A program made the translations under genes and the position numbers. This document shows positions 1-7,110 of a stretch of 63,929 nucleotides of DNA, piece by piece. The notes under the pieces were generated by a model. The model searched no databases. It had not been told where the DNA came from and saw only the letters and a program-made list of their open reading frames with translations. The first letter of the stretch is position 1, and each line of letters starts with the position of its first letter. The stretch comes from an uncultured Bacilli bacterium (lineage in GTDB: Bacteria > Bacillota_I > Bacilli_A > RF39 > UBA660), in NCBI GenBank assembly GCA_947625635.1, contig CANQPA010000002.1, forward strand, positions 1-63,929, in the 5' to 3' direction.

Positions 1-192
1 TTCTTCCCATAAACTATAATAATCAAAAGAATTCTTATTAGACATCCAGTTTCTTATTACTCCAGATGGATCTTTGGAATTTACATATTTTGCTAAATCG
101 GTTAGAGAAATATAATTAATACTCCCAATTCGCATTATTCCAATTTTATTTTCTTTTACAATAATTTCGGTTGTTACTATATCTGTTTTCAT
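1..192 (-). CDS. KilA-N domain protein, N-terminal 64 codons (gene runs off the window start)
   Basis: ATG at 190-192 follows an AAAGGGGGA RBS. The translation MKTDIVTTEIIVKENKIGIMRIGSINYISLTDLAKYVNSKDPSGVIRNWMSNKNSFDYYSLWEE resembles KilA-N N-terminal domains (YISLTD...NWM.N...F..LWE). Confidence 0.5.
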   Translation of the reverse strand, partial: MKTDIVTTEIIVKENKIGIMRIGSINYISLTDLAKYVNSKDPSGVIRNWMSNKNSFDYYSLWEE

Positions 193-263
193 TTTAATCC
201 CCCTTTAATATTTTTTAAATCTTATTAATATTAGTGAACACATTACCTTATCAAAAATAAATA

Positions 264-839
264 TTATTTTGATAATCCTTTAACTCTTTCTTTTAATAAT
301 TCTCCTTCATAATTATAAATATTCAAAGGTAATCCTTTTTTCATACAAATTTCAGAAATTGTATCCACAAACATATTAAGTTTTTCATCAACTAATTGTT
401 CTTTAGAAATAGGCAAAATCAAGGCAACTATAAACTCACTATCAATTTTATCTTTTACTTGTACTTCTCCAAGTGCTAAACCTTTAGTTTCTTCTTTTGA
501 AATTATAGGTACATCTTTTGATACAGCTAAACCAATATAATCGTAATCAAAGCATGTAAATGTTTGATGATCTTTTAGCTCAATAGCTTTCTTTATAAAC
601 CGATTTTGTGGATCTGATAGAGAAACCCTATCTTTATGAATATCTTCATCATAATACATCCATTCTTTACCTTGCGGTATATCAAGTTTAAATGATGCAT
701 CATCATAACTAAAATTTATGCCTTTTTTTTCAAGATAATCTCTTGATGCTATTACTTTTGATTGCAAAATTTTATTAAGTCTTTCATAAGTTTTTTCATT
801 ATTTATGCTTCCAATTTGATGAATATAAAAATCTATCAT
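264..839 (-). CDS. hypothetical protein (191 aa), no recognisable motif
   Basis: Clean 191-codon ORF with an AAGGTGA RBS before the ATG at 839. It lies just downstream of the orphan secA-tail copy. Confidence 0.6.
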   Translation of the reverse strand: MIDFYIHQIGSINNEKTYERLNKILQSKVIASRDYLEKKGINFSYDDASFKLDIPQGKEWMYYDEDIHKDRVSLSDPQNRFIKKAIELKDHQTFTCFDYDYIGLAVSKDVPIISKEETKGLALGEVQVKDKIDSEFIVALILPISKEQLVDEKLNMFVDTISEICMKKGLPLNIYNYEGELLKERVKGLSK

Positions 840-972
840 TTATGTCACCTTCTATTGTTTTATTTTCCTCATTTTCAAAAAAATGAGGAATAAATGAGGA
901 AATTTTTCAATTTTTATAGTGTTTTTTATCTTTTTTGTATTTTAAATCACTCGCAAACCCTTATAAAACCTA

Positions 973-1016
973 CTACTTTCCACAACAATTTTTATACTTT
1001 TTACCACTTCCACATG
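973..1016 (-). repeat. perfect 44-bp copy of the secA 3' end (identical to 2547-2590)
   Basis: The string ctactttccacaacaatttttatactttttaccacttccacatg is read identically at both positions. On the minus strand it encodes CGSGKKYKNCCGK plus stop, the SEC-C zinc motif. Confidence 0.95.
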
Positions 1017-1143
1017 TTGAACATACTCCAGTATTTATAGTATTTATGGTATTTATCATATTATTGTTATTTCTAATAGTTTCAAGACTGGGAACATTGG
1101 TATTTATAGTATTTGTGTTATTATTGTTACTATAAATACTTTT
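973..1143 (-). pseudogene. orphan SEC-C tail reading frame (56 codons between an in-frame TGA and TAG), with no convincing start
   Basis: The minus-strand frame reads KSIYSNNNNTNTINTNVPSLETIRNNNNMINTINTINTGVCSTCGSGKKYKNCCGK*. It includes a 9-nt tandem repeat (agtatttat x3 at 1030-1056) encoding INT repeats. The only internal ATG would give 28 aa. Confidence 0.35.
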
Positions 1144-1147
1144 TCAT

Positions 1148-1178
1148 CTGCAAACATTCTGCAAACATTGTTTGCACC
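1148..1178. promoter_or_regulatory. TGCAAAC repeat cluster, including the perfect palindrome TGCAAAC-ATT-GTTTGCA (1160-1176)
   Basis: ctgcaaacattctgcaaacattgtttgcacc, read directly. A near-identical block occurs at 1981-2010. Confidence 0.5.
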
Positions 1179-1203
1179 TGTTTATTATATTCACAAATTT
1201 ATT

Positions 1204-1755
1204 CTATAAATCTTCTTTTGTAATTGAATATATAATTGAATCATTTCTCTCTTTAGTATATTTATTAATCCTTCTATTTTTTAAAACAGCATCTTTATGC
1301 ATTCCTGCTTTAGCCATTACTTTTCCACTAGCAGGATTACCGCTTATATGCCTTGCTTCTATTAAATATAAATTGCACTCATTTAATAGATATTTAATTA
1401 CTGCTCTTAGTGCTTCTGTTGCATATCCCTTACCCCAAAATTTAGAACCGTAGCAATATCCCAATTCGGCTGTATTATGCTTTTTGCTAATTGTAATTGC
1501 AGAAATGCTTCCTATTACTTCATGGGTATCTTTAAGTTCTACAATCCAATTATAACTTCCATTATCATACTCTTTTATCCACGATTGAATTACTGATTTA
1601 GTTTCTTCAATACTTTGATGGACATCCCAACTTAAAAATTTACAACATTCAGAATCTGTTGCCCAATTCTTATACATACCATCGGCATCTTCTATTTTAA
1701 ATTTTCTCAAGATTAGCCTATCAGTAAATAAGGTTTTTGTTCCTAAATCATTCAA
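1204..1755 (-). CDS. GNAT family N-acetyltransferase (RimJ/RimL-like)
   Basis: 183 aa with a TTG start after a GGAGGTG RBS. It has the RimJ-like layout TDRLILRKF...ELGYCYGSKFWGKGYATEALRAVIKYL...ARHISGNPASGKVMAKAGM. Confidence 0.8.
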   Translation of the reverse strand: MNDLGTKTLFTDRLILRKFKIEDADGMYKNWATDSECCKFLSWDVHQSIEETKSVIQSWIKEYDNGSYNWIVELKDTHEVIGSISAITISKKHNTAELGYCYGSKFWGKGYATEALRAVIKYLLNECNLYLIEARHISGNPASGKVMAKAGMHKDAVLKNRRINKYTKERNDSIIYSITKEDL

Positions 1756-1773
1756 TATATCACCTCCAATTTT

Positions 1774-1822
1774 ATGTAAACATTACGCAATGTTTGCAAA
1801 CTAATTTCATTACTTTTCATAT
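1774..1822 (-). promoter_or_regulatory. cassette 5' module (promoter-like TTGCAA-N19-TAAAAT) upstream of the GNAT gene; paralogous to 2428-2482
   Basis: The minus strand reads atgaaaagtaatgaaattaGTTTGCAAacattgcgtaatgtttacaTAAAATtggagg. The atgaaaagtaatgaa and gtttgcaaa...gtttaca segments are shared with the module just downstream of secA. Confidence 0.4.
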
Positions 1823-1840
1823 TTTTTACTAGTTCTCAAG

Positions 1841-1857
1841 TCCTTTATTTATAAGGA
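1841..1857 (-). terminator. degenerate copy of the secA terminator hairpin
   Basis: tcctt-tatttat-aagga follows the degenerate SEC-C remnant. It is equivalent to ccctt-tatttat-aaggg at 2522-2538. Confidence 0.45.
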
Positions 1858-1865
1858 TTTTATTC

Positions 1866-1976
1866 TTATTTTTCACAGCAAGTGTTATACTTCTTACCCA
1901 AATCACAAGCTCAGTGTAATCTCATATTGTCCTTATTTATGGTATTTATAGTATTATTGTTACTATAAATATTTTC
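1866..1976 (-). pseudogene. degenerate second copy of the orphan SEC-C tail frame
   Basis: The minus-strand frame reads ENIYSNNNTINTINKDNMRLH-TGA-ACDLGKKYNTCCEK-TAA. It is colinear with 973-1143 and with the secA C-terminus, but carries an extra stop. Confidence 0.5.
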
Positions 1977-1980
1977 TCAT

Positions 1981-2010
1981 CTGCAAACATTTTGCAAACA
2001 ATGTTTGCAT
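1981..2010. promoter_or_regulatory. TGCAAAC repeat cluster, including the palindrome TGCAAAC-AAT-GTTTGCA (1993-2009)
   Basis: ctgcaaacattttgcaaacaatgtttgcat, read directly. Paralogous to 1148-1178. Confidence 0.5.
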
Positions 2011-2038
2011 TCCCATATAAATCAAAATTATAAAATAA

Positions 2039-2386
2039 TTATTTTATACACGACAATACTAATTGATTTATATCTTCTGTTTTTGCTTTTTCTATATTAG
2101 GATTTAATAACTGATTATAAAATTGAGCGATTGTTTGATAACTTTCACAAGTCACTTCATCCCCTATATTTATATCAATAAAATCCGTTGCATCCTTTAC
2201 CTCATAAATATCTTTAGCAATTGATAACGTAATTGTATTATTTTCTTCTCTTAAAGAAAAACTATTTCTACCTTGATAAACTTTATCAATAGTTTCAATT
2301 TTCTTACCATTTAAATCTAAGCATAAGCTTTGAAATATTTTATATAAGTTGTTTTTGGTATCATCATACATTACATAATTTTGCAT
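2039..2386 (-). CDS. hypothetical protein (115 aa)
   Basis: The ORF track extends to 2482, but the first 32 codons are the shared cassette 5' module. The ATG at 2384-2386 follows a CAGGGGG RBS and starts MQNYVMYDD. Confidence 0.55.
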   Translation of the reverse strand: MQNYVMYDDTKNNLYKIFQSLCLDLNGKKIETIDKVYQGRNSFSLREENNTITLSIAKDIYEVKDATDFIDINIGDEVTCESYQTIAQFYNQLLNPNIEKAKTEDINQLVLSCIK

Positions 2387-2427
2387 CTTAAAACCCCCTG
2401 AATTTCTAACGAAATTTTTAATATTTA

Positions 2428-2482
2428 TGTAAACATAGTAATTTTTGCAAACAATTTGCAAACAAAATTCATTACTTTTCAT
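2428..2482 (-). promoter_or_regulatory. cassette 5' module (TTGCAA-N17-TAAATA) immediately downstream of secA
   Basis: The minus strand reads atgaaaagtaatgaattttGTTTGCAAattGTTTGCAAaaattactatgtttacaTAAATA. Confidence 0.4.
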
Positions 2483-2521
2483 ATTATTTAGTAATTTTCA
2501 TATTTTGTATTAGATCTAAAA

Positions 2522-2538
2522 CCCTTTATTTATAAGGG
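2522..2538 (-). terminator. secA intrinsic terminator hairpin
   Basis: The minus strand reads cccttataaataaaggg followed by TTTT, 9 nt after the secA stop. Confidence 0.6.
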
Positions 2539-2546
2539 ATTCAACC

Positions 2547-5036
2547 CTACTTTCCACAACAATTTTTATACTTTTTACCACTTCCACATGGACAAGGTTC
2601 GTTTCTACCGATTTTTTTTACTTTTTTCGGAGATGATTTTTTTATTTTTTCCTTATTTTCATTTGTAACACCTTCTGCAATTTTTTTGCGTTCACTATTT
2701 TGTCTTACTTCTGCTTTAAGCAAATATGTCGTAGTTTGAGCATCTATCCTTGATAACAATTCATCAAACAAAGTATATCCTTCGGTTTTATATTCTCTTA
2801 AGGGATTATTCTGTGCATAGCTTCTAAGATGTATTCCTTCTCTTAAATGTGACATTGTATTAATATGTTCCATCCAATAAGTATCAATTACCCTAAGAGT
2901 TACTGCTTTTTCAAATTCATTTGTTACCTCTTCTGGTATTTGTTTTACTTTATCTTCATATTCTAAAACTAATTTATCATACATATAATTCAATATTTCT
3001 TCCGAATTTTTATATTCTATTTCATCGAATGTAACTTTGTGTTTTAGCAGATCATTAATTGATTCTAATATCTCGGATTTATCATTTCTATTTAAATTTT
3101 CATTTTCCTCTAGATGGGAATAAACTACATCACTTATATAATTTTTAAAATTTTCTAAAGTTGATTCGTGTATTGATTCCATATCAAGTATTTGATTTCT
3201 TTTTTCGTATATAATATTTCTTTGCTCATTTATAACATCATCATATTCAAGTAGAGTCTTTCTCATATCAAAATTGTTTCCTTCAACTCTTTTTTGTGCA
3301 GATTCGATTGAATTTGATAACATTTTGTTTCTAATCGACACATCTTCACTAAAACCTACCCTTTGAAGCATTAATTTTGCCCTATCTGTACCAAATCTTA
3401 CCATCAAATCATCTTCAAATGATACACAAAATTGACTTTCTCCTGGATCTCCTTGTCGACCTGAGCGTCCTCTTAATTGATTATCTATTCGTCTAGATTC
3501 ATGTCTTTCTGTTCCTATTACAAATAATCCACCAAGAGCTTTTACCTCATCTGTTAGCTTAATATCAGTTCCACGTCCTGCCATATTAGTAGCAATCGTA
3601 ACTGATCCTTTATCCCCTGCTTTCGCTATAATTTCAGCTTCCCTTGCATGGTTTTTAGCATTTAAAACTTCATGTGGAATTTTCATTTTTTTTAATCTTT
3701 CACTTATTAATTCACTGGTTTCTACTGCAACAGTTCCAACTAAAACGGGTTGTCCACTTTTATGCCTTTCCTTTATTTCATTTACTATAGCCTTATATTT
3801 TCCCTCTTTAGTCGCAAATAACAAATCACCATAATCTTTACGTATAACAGGTTTATTTGTTGGAATTTGTATAACATACATATTATATATGTCCCTAAAT
3901 TCTTCCTCTTCTGTTTTTGCTGTTCCTGTCATACCAGATAATTTTTTATACATCCTAAATAAATTTTGAAAAGTTATTGTTGCAAGCGTTTTTGTCTCTT
4001 CATTTATTGTAACCCCTTCCTTAGCTTCTATTGCCTGATGTAACCCGTCTGAATAGGCACGTCCTTGCATAAGTCGTCCAGTGAATGGGTCTACTATAAC
4101 AATTTTATCATCATTAATAACATAATCAACATCAATTTTCATAGCATAGTTGGCTTTTAATGCTTGATTTATAAAATGCACTAAGTTAGTATGATTTATA
4201 TCATATAGATTATCAACACCAAATGCTTTCTCAGCTTTAGAAATTCCAATCTGATCTAACGATACAGATTTTGTCTTTTCATCATATATATAACCTTCGT
4301 TTTCCTTCAAAGTTTTAACAAATTTATCAGTTTTAATATATAAATTTGAAGATTTCATAATCCCACCTGATATAATTAAAGGAGTTCTTGCCTCATCTAT
4401 TAATACAGAATCAACTTCATCTATTATAGCAAAGTTATATTTTCTTGCTACCCTATCACTAGCCTTTACTACCATGTTATCACGTAGATAATCAAATCCT
4501 ATTTCATTATTTGTTGAATACAATATATCGCAATTATATGCATCTCTTTTTTCTTTTGGGGTTAATTCTCTTCTATTAACACCAACAGTAAGTCCTAAAA
4601 ATCTGTATATTTCTCCCATCCAATTGGCATCACGTTCAGCTAAATATTCATTTACAGTAATTATATGTACTCCATTTTCTGTTAGAGCATTTAAATATGC
4701 AGGCATTGTAGAAGTTAATGTTTTACCTTCACCTGTTTTCATTTCAGCTATATTTCCATAATGAATAGCTAAACCTCCAATTATCTGTACATAATATGGT
4801 TTTTCTCCTATAACACGATAGGCTGCTTCTCTTGCAGTTGCAAAAGCATCTACTTTTATATCTTCTAGAGATTCTCCATTTGAAAGCCTTTTTTTAAATT
4901 CTTTTGTCTTGTTTTTTAACTCATCATCTGTTAACTCAGAGTATTTTTTATCTAGTGCTACTACATCATCAGCAATCTTTTTAAATTTTTCTAACTCCTT
5001 ATATTCATGATTAAATATACTTTTAAATAACTTCAT
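2547..5036 (-). CDS. secA: preprotein translocase ATPase SecA
   Basis: 829 aa with the DEAD-motor motifs MKTGEGKTL and DEVDSVLIDEARTPLIISG, and a C-terminal SEC-C zinc motif CPCGSGKKYKNCCGK. Confidence 0.98.
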   Translation of the reverse strand: MKLFKSIFNHEYKELEKFKKIADDVVALDKKYSELTDDELKNKTKEFKKRLSNGESLEDIKVDAFATAREAAYRVIGEKPYYVQIIGGLAIHYGNIAEMKTGEGKTLTSTMPAYLNALTENGVHIITVNEYLAERDANWMGEIYRFLGLTVGVNRRELTPKEKRDAYNCDILYSTNNEIGFDYLRDNMVVKASDRVARKYNFAIIDEVDSVLIDEARTPLIISGGIMKSSNLYIKTDKFVKTLKENEGYIYDEKTKSVSLDQIGISKAEKAFGVDNLYDINHTNLVHFINQALKANYAMKIDVDYVINDDKIVIVDPFTGRLMQGRAYSDGLHQAIEAKEGVTINEETKTLATITFQNLFRMYKKLSGMTGTAKTEEEEFRDIYNMYVIQIPTNKPVIRKDYGDLLFATKEGKYKAIVNEIKERHKSGQPVLVGTVAVETSELISERLKKMKIPHEVLNAKNHAREAEIIAKAGDKGSVTIATNMAGRGTDIKLTDEVKALGGLFVIGTERHESRRIDNQLRGRSGRQGDPGESQFCVSFEDDLMVRFGTDRAKLMLQRVGFSEDVSIRNKMLSNSIESAQKRVEGNNFDMRKTLLEYDDVINEQRNIIYEKRNQILDMESIHESTLENFKNYISDVVYSHLEENENLNRNDKSEILESINDLLKHKVTFDEIEYKNSEEILNYMYDKLVLEYEDKVKQIPEEVTNEFEKAVTLRVIDTYWMEHINTMSHLREGIHLRSYAQNNPLREYKTEGYTLFDELLSRIDAQTTTYLLKAEVRQNSERKKIAEGVTNENKEKIKKSSPKKVKKIGRNEPCPCGSGKKYKNCCGK

Positions 5037-5098
5037 ACTTTAGTCTCCTTTGCATATATATATTTTACCAAAAATCAACATAAAATAATAGTATAAAT

Positions 5099-5123
5099 TT
5101 AAAAAATAGGTTATTAAACCTAT
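5099..5123 (-). terminator. hpf terminator
   Basis: Hairpin ataggtt-atta-aacctat overlaps the hpf stop codon and is followed by a T-run on the minus strand. Confidence 0.55.
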
Positions 5124-5647
5124 CTTAATTCTAATATTCCATAATTTCCATCTTTTCTTTTATATAATACATTGACTTCATTAGTTTCCACATTTTTAAA
5201 CACAAAGAAATCATGATCTATCAATTCCATTTGTAGAATTGCTTCTTCTTCATTCATTGGCTTACTTTCTATAATTTTTCTTTTAACAATTGTTTTATCA
5301 TTTTCTTCTTTTTCTTCAAAATCTAAAATAAAACTTCTAATTAGATCTTTATCCACCTTTTTACTCATTCTTGTTTTATTTTTTCTTATTTGTCTTTCTA
5401 TAATATCAGACACTTTATCAATAGCAGCATATAAATCCTTATTTGATTCCTCACCTCGTAACAATATTCTACCAGTATTAATTGTAACTTCTACCACTTG
5501 TTCATTACCTCTTAATTTAACCAATACAGTAACAATAACATCATCACTGTTTTCAAAATATTTTTCTAACCTTCCAATTTTTTCTTCTATATAATTTCTT
5601 ATGGAATTAGTTACTTCCATTTTCTTTCCATGAATGATAAATTTCAT
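5120..5647 (-). CDS. hpf: ribosome hibernation promoting factor, long form
   Basis: 175 aa. The N-terminal S30AE/YfiA-like region (ITGKxxEVT type, IRNYIEEKIGRLEKYF) and the C-terminal dimerisation domain (FFVFKNVETNEVNVLYKRKDGNYGILE) are both present. Confidence 0.9.
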   Translation of the reverse strand: MKFIIHGKKMEVTNSIRNYIEEKIGRLEKYFENSDDVIVTVLVKLRGNEQVVEVTINTGRILLRGEESNKDLYAAIDKVSDIIERQIRKNKTRMSKKVDKDLIRSFILDFEEKEENDKTIVKRKIIESKPMNEEEAILQMELIDHDFFVFKNVETNEVNVLYKRKDGNYGILELR

Positions 5648-5720
5648 ATTATCCTTCCTTTCTATTTTAATTATATCATATCTATATTTTTTTTGTGTGA
5701 AAATATAATAAAAAAAACTA

Positions 5721-5936
5721 CTATACTAATGCAGTTTTTATTTCTATCACATTTTTTGCCTGTAATCCTTTGTCAGTTCTAACCAAATCAAATTTAACAT
5801 ATTGACCTTCTACTAAGGTTTTATACCCTTCAGAAAGTATGGCAGAATAATGAACAAATATATCTTCTTGATCATTATATTCAATAAAGCCAAATCCTTT
5901 TTCGTTATTGAACCACTTTACCTTGCCTGTAATCAC
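5721..5936 (-). CDS. cold-shock protein (CspA family)
   Basis: [18 protein letters not shown]...DIFVHYSAI contains the RNP1/RNP2 motifs. I prefer the second GTG (5936), which lies 8 nt after the AGGGAG RBS. Confidence 0.92.
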   Translation of the reverse strand: MITGKVKWFNNEKGFGFIEYNDQEDIFVHYSAILSEGYKTLVEGQYVKFDLVRTDKGLQAKNVIEIKTALV

Positions 5937-6268
5937 AAACACATCTCCCTTCTAGTTCTTGTTTACTATTTCAGTATAACATAAAGTTTAATATTTTTTT
6001 CAAATATCGTCCAATAATATTCGACAATTTTCGCAATAAATGGACATACCGTATCTGTAAAAAAACATTCTAATCTTATCATACTTAATATTATTCTAAA
6101 AGTACAAATGCATAAAGTGTCAAATTTAACGTTTAAAACGTGATGTTGGGCAAACTAGCAGAACACATTTTAAATTATAAAACATTTATTTTTCTTTTTA
6201 AAGCATTAGTAGTTTAAATATTAAATTTTTAATATTATAATTGTCTTGTTGAAGTAAGGTTGGTATGT

Positions 6269-6886
6269 ATGAAAAAATTTATCATTTCAAAATGTATGAA
6301 TTATATAAAAAAATATACAGATTATGATGAAGTAAAATTAAAAGAAATTGAATATGGTCTTGTTGGGATTTATCTTATGATTTCAAAGATGATTATAATT
6401 TTTTCCTTAGCATATGTGTTGAACATATTAAAAGAAATGGTTATATTCACTATAATATATAATATTCTTAGAGCTTCGTCGTTTGGACTACATGCAACAA
6501 AGAGTTGGATATGCTTATTATTTTCTACAATTTCATTTATAGGCATTCCTTATATATGCAAAATTATATACATCCCTATATTTTTTAAAGTAATAATATG
6601 TATATTAGGAATTTGTTTTATGTTTAAAAATAGTCCGGCTGATACAAAAAAAAGACCTATTGTAAGTAGAAAAAGAAGAAATATATATAAATTTATTTCT
6701 ACAATTTCAGTAATTATATATAGTTTTATAGTTATAATAATTGATAACAATTTTATGACAAATTGTATTATATTTTCTATTATAATTCAAAATTTTGTAA
6801 TATCACCTTCTGTATATAAAATATTTAAATTGCCTTATAACAATTATATAACATTTTTAAAAGAACATCCAGAATATGCTAATTAA
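6269..6886 (+). CDS. agrB: AgrB-type membrane peptidase (autoinducing peptide processing)
   Basis: Polytopic membrane protein with the AgrB signature ...ILRASSFGLHATKSWICLL... (His/Cys pair) and a later NSPADTKKRPIVSRKRR basic loop. It sits directly upstream of an AgrD-like peptide gene. Confidence 0.8.
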   Translation: MKKFIISKCMNYIKKYTDYDEVKLKEIEYGLVGIYLMISKMIIIFSLAYVLNILKEMVIFTIIYNILRASSFGLHATKSWICLLFSTISFIGIPYICKIIYIPIFFKVIICILGICFMFKNSPADTKKRPIVSRKRRNIYKFISTISVIIYSFIVIIIDNNFMTNCIIFSIIIQNFVISPSVYKIFKLPYNNYITFLKEHPEYAN

Positions 6887-6942
6887 TTTGGTTTAAACCT
6901 TATAAAGGTTTAAATATAAAAGAATTGAAAGGAGGAAGTATT

Positions 6943-7059
6943 ATGTTTTTTGCTAATTTACTAGCATTGTTAGGATTAGGTTCTGCTAATACAGGAAGTC
7001 AAGCATGCTTACTTATGTATTGGGATGAAGAAGAATGTCCTGAATCTTTAATAAAATAA
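6943..7059 (+). CDS. agrD: AgrD-type autoinducing peptide precursor (38 aa), absent from the ORF track
   Basis: A GGAGGAAG RBS lies 6 nt before the ATG. The product is MFFANLLALLGLGSANTGSQACLLMYWDEEECPESLIK: an amphipathic leader, then Cys plus a hydrophobic core, then an acidic DEEE.PE.L recognition tail like staphylococcal DEVEVPKEL. Confidence 0.75.
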   Translation: MFFANLLALLGLGSANTGSQACLLMYWDEEECPESLIK

Positions 7060-7065
7060 TAAATT

Positions 7066-7096
7066 AAAACCGTTAGAATTTCTAACAGTTTTTTTG
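7066..7096. terminator. bidirectional terminator between agrD (+) and the kinase (-)
   Basis: aaaac-cGTTAGA-att-TCTAACag-ttttttt: a 6-bp stem flanked by an A-run and a T-run. Confidence 0.55.
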
Positions 7097-7110
7097 TCGC
7101 TTTTTTATTG

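Noticed and set aside
867-888. Nine-bp-stem hairpin CCTCATTTT-caaa-AAAATGAGG as a terminator
   Set aside because: It is not followed by a U-run in either orientation. It lies in the 5' region of the 191-aa gene, so it may be regulatory, but it is not a canonical intrinsic terminator.
1144-1146. Selenocysteine recoding of the conserved in-frame TGA followed by a hairpin
   Set aside because: The hairpin is entirely A/U. I see no upstream start codon or RBS, and copy B has a second TGA. No sel genes are in the window. I kept the observation as a low-interest finding, but Sec insertion itself is unlikely.
935-1453. Plus-strand ORFs 935-1135 and 1172-1453 from the ORF track
   Set aside because: Both give low-complexity, Leu/Phe/Ile-rich translations of AT-rich DNA. 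The first lies over the secA-tail repeat and the 9-nt tandem repeat. The second is antisense to the well-supported GNAT gene. Neither has an RBS.
973-2590. Integron-like interpretation of the cassette array (attC sites)
   Set aside because: The boundary motif TGCAAAC/GTTTGCA does not fit the attC core GTTRRRY/RYYYAAC. No IntI-type integrase or attI is visible. The repeated unit includes a copy of the secA 3' end, which points to 3'-end-targeted integration or homologous recombination instead.
6128-6145. Possible LytTR/AgrA boxes AACGTTTAA and AACGTGATG upstream of agrB
   Set aside because: The two 9-mers are directly adjacent (9-bp period) rather than separated by the ~12-bp spacer typical of AgrA sites. 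The second matches the consensus poorly.
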